A stretch of 46,863 bases of DNA, taken from assembly GCA_012521875.1 (NCBI GenBank), contig JAAYLN010000019.1, forward strand, positions 1 through 46,863, given 5' to 3'. Shown piece by piece: positions 43,553 to 46,863 of the stretch (positions are counted from its first letter, which is position 1; every line of letters starts with the position of its first letter). The notes below the pieces were generated by a model. It saw nothing but the letters and a program-made list of their open reading frames with translations, ran no database searches and was not told where the DNA came from. The position numbers and the translations under genes were made by a program. This DNA is from Lentisphaerota bacterium. Its GTDB lineage: Bacteria; Verrucomicrobiota; Kiritimatiellia; RFP12; JAAYLN01.

Positions 43553-43928
43553 GGGGGCAGCAACCGAAAGGTAGGGCGAGCCGTCCCCGTCACGCCGCTA
43601 CGCGGTGTGACCGGCGAGCCGCGCACCGGCTTTGTACCGCCACCCCCGCCCATTCCGCCACCTATCCGCCATTGCGGGAACTGCCCCGGAGTGGCGCGGA
43701 CATTCCTGTCTGCGCACGTCCACGAGGGCAGACAGGAATGTCTGCCCCACACTAGTCTGGGACACCACCAACCGTCCCATCTCTAGCTTTCGACAAAGCT
43801 TAGAGACAAAGTGAAGAGACGAAGTGTATCCGACAAAGTGTGGAGACAATGTGCGAGGGCAAAGTGTTCGAGCGAAGCACAACACAATCACAAATCACAA
43901 ATCACAAATCACAAATCTAAAATTCCCC
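43553..43928 (+). repeat. Mosaic intergenic repeat block
   Basis: Modules in order: ggtagggcgagccgtccccgtcacgccgctacgcggtgtgaccggcgagccgc (43570-43624); the palindrome module (43688-43753); module d in reverse orientation (43786-43880); (cacaaat)x4-ctaaaattcccc (43885-43928). Confidence 0.9.
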
Positions 43929-43979
43929 AAAGCCCCATTCCTCATTGCAACCTTTCGGCAACCCCGCTAACATATCCCC

Positions 43980-44834
43980 ATGAAAACAATCCGCCTGCTG
44001 ACCATCGGTAACAGTTTTTCTGAAAACGCCATTACCTACCTGCCGCAGCTTGCCGAGGCCGACGGTACCGTCGCCTTCGACATCCATCGCGCCAGCCTCG
44101 GCGGATGCTCGCTGGAGAAGCACTGGAATCTCGCGGAATACACCCGCCGGGAGCCCGCCTACAAACCCTACCGCCTGAAGGACGACGAGGCGTCGGCCGC
44201 CACCCTGCAGGAGGCGCTCGCCGCACAGCCCTGGGACTTCGTCACCCTCCAGCAGGTCAGCCACAAGAGCTGGATCCGCGCCACGTTCGAGCCGTTTCTC
44301 AGCAACCTGCTCCGCGAGGTGCGCACACTTGCCCCCGGCGCGGAACCGCTCCTGCACCAGACCTGGGCCTACCGCAGCGACGCCGGCTTCCTCGCCGACA
44401 AGGGCATCACCCAGCGCTACATGTTCGACCGTATCCGCGAGAACTACGACCACTTCAGCGCCGTCCACAAGCTCCGGCTGCTGCGCTCGGGGACGGCGGT
44501 ACAGACCGCGCGCGAGACCCCCGGCCACGCCTTCATCTGGCCCGACCCCGCCTTCGACTACGCCCACCCCGCCCCGCCCACCCTGCCCGACCAGACCCAC
44601 TCGCTGATCGTCGGCTGGCGCTGGAACATCAACGGCACCGCCGACGGCAAACCCGAGTTGACCAAGGACGTTATCCACCTCAACCGCGCCGGCTGCTTCC
44701 TGAGCGGCTGCCTCTGGTTCGAGCGCATGACGGGACGCAGCGTCATCGGCAACTCATTCAAGCCGCTCAACATGGAAGACGAGACGGCCGCCTTCCTGCG
44801 CGGTGTCGCCCATGCCGTCGCGCAGGAGCCCTGA
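43980..44834 (+). CDS. DUF4886-family SGNH/GDSL-like hydrolase-fold protein
   Basis: 284 aa. MKTIRLLTIGNSFSENAITYLPQLA is the GNSF block I. WDFVTLQQVS, and DVIHLNRAGCFL near the C-terminus, follow the DUF4886 pattern. Confidence 0.65.
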   Translation: MKTIRLLTIGNSFSENAITYLPQLAEADGTVAFDIHRASLGGCSLEKHWNLAEYTRREPAYKPYRLKDDEASAATLQEALAAQPWDFVTLQQVSHKSWIRATFEPFLSNLLREVRTLAPGAEPLLHQTWAYRSDAGFLADKGITQRYMFDRIRENYDHFSAVHKLRLLRSGTAVQTARETPGHAFIWPDPAFDYAHPAPPTLPDQTHSLIVGWRWNINGTADGKPELTKDVIHLNRAGCFLSGCLWFERMTGRSVIGNSFKPLNMEDETAAFLRGVAHAVAQEP

Positions 44835-44861
44835 CGCACAGCGTCTCCAAATACTATACGC

Positions 44862-46229
44862 ATGAAGTTCCTCTCGCTCGACAGCGTCGGCGGCGCCAGC
44901 GGCGACATGCTCCTCGGCACACTCGTCGACCTTGGTGCCGATCTCGATCGCATCACAAAGCTAATCGAGGCGGTTGTTCCGGAGCCGCTGGCCATCACCC
45001 GCGAGGCGGCCGGCGATGCCGGTCTGCACGGCACACGCATCCGCATTACGCCCGAAGCGCCGACCGTCTGGATCGCACAGCAGGCGGCAGCGGCGGCACC
45101 CCACCACGCTCATGCTCATGACCACCCGCACGATCACGTACACGGCCATGATCACGATCGCGCACATGGGCACCCGCATGACCACGGGCATGACCACGGG
45201 CACGCACATGATCACGGGCACACGCACAGCCCAAGTGCGGGTGAGGGAGCTTCCAAACCGCACGCGCCGCACCGCGGGCTGAACGATATTCTGGCGCTCA
45301 TCGGCGCAGTGGAGATGCCGGCGCGCACACGTCACTTGGCCGAGGCGACCTTCCGGCGCCTGGCCGAGGCCGAGGCGCGCATCCACAACACCACCCCCGA
45401 GACCATCCACTTCCACGAGGTCGGCGCCGCCGATGCCATCGCCGACATTGTCGGCTGCTGCTACGCCCTGGAACTGCTCGGAGTCGAGGCGCTCCGCGTC
45501 GGCCCCCTGCCGGCCGGTTGCGGTACAATCCGCTGCGCGCATGGCGAGATGCCTAATCCCGCCCCCGCCACGCAGGTGCTGCTGCACGACTTCGTCGTGA
45601 CGCAGACCGACGAGCCCTTCGAGCTGGTCACCCCCACCGGTGCCGCCCTGCTGGCCACGTGGCGGGCCGAGCTCAAGCCGGCGCCCGCGACAGGGCGCAT
45701 TCTCGCCTCGGGCATGGGCTTCGGTACATGGAAACTGAAGCAGCGCCCCAATGTGCTGCGCGCGACGCTGCTGGAGGCAGCTTCCGAACCCGGCGACCGC
45801 GAAACGCTGACCGTGCTCGAGACCAACCTCGACGATGCCAATCCGCAGTGGGTCGGCGATCTGATCGGGTGCCTGCTGAAGGCCGGCGCGCGGGATGCCT
45901 GGGCTGTGCCGATAGTCATGAAGAAGGGGCGTCCGGCCCTGAAGCTCGGCGTGCTCTGCGCGCCAGACGATGCCGCCTCGCTGCGGCGGCTGATCTTCCA
46001 GGCCACCCCCACCTTCGGTATCCGCGAATGGAGCGTGGCGCGCACGGCACTGGCCCGGCACCACGAGACCGTCGAGACCCCCTACGGCCCCGTGCGCGTC
46101 AAGGTGGGCGAGCTCGAGGGCCGCCCGATCTCCCGCACCCCCGAGTTCGACGACTGCGCCACACGCGCCCGCGAGGCGGGCGTCACCCCCCGCCAGGTCG
46201 CCGAGGCGGCCACTGCGAGGCCATTGTAA
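44862..46229 (+). CDS. larC: Nickel-pincer cofactor biosynthesis protein LarC (nickel insertion)
   Basis: 455 aa. The N-terminus MKFLSLDSVGGASGDMLLGTLVDLGADL is typical of LarC/DUF111. A long His/Asp-rich tract is present (HHAHAHDHPHDHVHGHDHDRAHGHPHDHGHDHGHAHDHGHTH). Also present are HFHEVGAADAIADIVG and the C-terminal YGPVRVKVG. Confidence 0.9.
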   Translation: MKFLSLDSVGGASGDMLLGTLVDLGADLDRITKLIEAVVPEPLAITREAAGDAGLHGTRIRITPEAPTVWIAQQAAAAAPHHAHAHDHPHDHVHGHDHDRAHGHPHDHGHDHGHAHDHGHTHSPSAGEGASKPHAPHRGLNDILALIGAVEMPARTRHLAEATFRRLAEAEARIHNTTPETIHFHEVGAADAIADIVGCCYALELLGVEALRVGPLPAGCGTIRCAHGEMPNPAPATQVLLHDFVVTQTDEPFELVTPTGAALLATWRAELKPAPATGRILASGMGFGTWKLKQRPNVLRATLLEAASEPGDRETLTVLETNLDDANPQWVGDLIGCLLKAGARDAWAVPIVMKKGRPALKLGVLCAPDDAASLRRLIFQATPTFGIREWSVARTALARHHETVETPYGPVRVKVGELEGRPISRTPEFDDCATRAREAGVTPRQVAEAATARPL

Positions 46230-46240
46230 GGGGCGGATCC

Positions 46241-46795
46241 CCACTTTGTCGCGGGCTTTGTCGGTAACTTTGTCGAAAGACTCGATAGAGTCGATGGATT
46301 CGATGGATTCGAATGATTCGATTCGCTCGACCACCCCCACCTCGCGACGCCGTCGCCACTGCCCCTGCCTCCTGTCTCCTGTCTCCTGTCCCCCGCCTGT
46401 ACCGAACCTCCCCACCCGCAGCCCCCGCACAAGCTCGCGGTACAGCAAACGGAAGGTAGGGCGAGCCGTCCCCGTCACGCCGCTACGCGGTGTGACCGGC
46501 GAGCCGCACACAGGTGATGAACCGCCAAGACGCCAAGGCCGCCAAGGAGTGCCGCAGTGATGGAGCGATGGAGCGATGGAGCGAAAAAGCGCCAACGGCG
46601 CGCTCTGTCGGACAACAGAGAGACGGCTATGTGTAAAGATTATCCCCGGCCGGAGTACCGCCTTCAGGCGGAAGTGGTTCAGGGGCTTCAGCCCCGCTCC
46701 CATGCCCCCTTTTCCCAAAGGAAAAAGGGCTTTGCGGGCCTGAAGGCCCTTATTGACTTCCGGCTGAAGCCGGCACTCCGACGCGACTGCGACCC
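46241..46795 (+). repeat. Mosaic intergenic repeat block
   Basis: Modules in order: module b (46241-46279), 12 nt after the larC stop; cgatggattcgatggattcgaatgattcgattcg words; cctgtctcctgtctcctgtc words; module ggtagggcgagccgtcc..aaccgccaagacgccaaggccgccaagg (46456-46547); (gatggagc)x3; the uninterrupted hairpin chain (46644-46795). Confidence 0.9.
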
Positions 46796-46863
46796 TCATG
46801 CAAAACAGTGGCAATTACAGACAAGGGCTGAAAGCCCAGCCTATCATCTTGCAGAAAACCTTC

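Noticed and set aside
45100-45235. cacga/catga-rich DNA repeat inside larC as a non-coding microsatellite or frameshift hotspot
   Set aside because: It is in frame and encodes the His/Asp metal-binding tract characteristic of LarC. The ORF is uninterrupted.
44961-46814. 617-aa minus-strand ORF antisense to larC. Similar long antisense or alternative-frame ORFs occur at 1135-2637, 5444-6466, 10938-11987, 15635-16609, 22069-23301, 23171-24031, 25806-26771, 32554-33939, 34000-35073, 39833-40615 and 42240-43520
   Set aside because: These are typical high-GC shadow ORFs. Their translations are Arg/Gly/Ala/Pro-rich with no family motifs. Each is fully covered by a well-supported gene on the other strand or frame.

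Overview
High-GC (about 60-65% by eye) bacterial chromosomal window. Gene content and repeat vocabulary suggest a PVC-superphylum organism (Kiritimatiellota/Verrucomicrobiota-like), but this is inference only. I support about 33 protein-coding genes. They include: an EEP-family tail plus an M23-like peptidase; a roughly 1,170-codon three-module beta-helix surface protein split by a 7-bp tandem duplication; a minus-strand operon of ABC-2 permease, Wzt/TagH-like ATPase, nadC, coaX, mannose-1-P guanylyltransferase and truA; a glycoside hydrolase/esterase fusion; a stand-alone MmeI-family (Type IIL) restriction-modification enzyme; an MDR dehydrogenase; a PurH-like/nifU/nifS operon; an HExxH secreted protein; a six-gene operon of giant TPR, TPR, ExbB, ExbD, ExbD and a TonB-topology protein with a prenyltransferase/terpene-cyclase-like toroid domain; a TrmJ-like methyltransferase; a thioredoxin-fold protein; a VTC / DUF4956 / LamG-CotH trio; a DUF4886 SGNH-like protein; and larC. 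The most unusual property is non-coding. Roughly one sixth of the window is gene-free and is built from a small lexicon of recurring hairpin and short-word modules. These occur in a conserved order and almost always on the same strand. Two mobile elements sit inside this repeat fabric: a class-C-like group II intron (5661-7565) and a 147-bp MITE-like element (16660-16806). Both have paralogous empty sites inside the window, which gives base-exact boundaries. A CRISPR-looking array (37954-38716) is rejected as CRISPR. I recognised no rRNA, tRNA or cas genes. The candidate under-described protein systems are the ExbBD/toroid/TPR operon and the VTC-DUF4956-CotH trio. All family calls rest on motif recognition by eye, not on searches.
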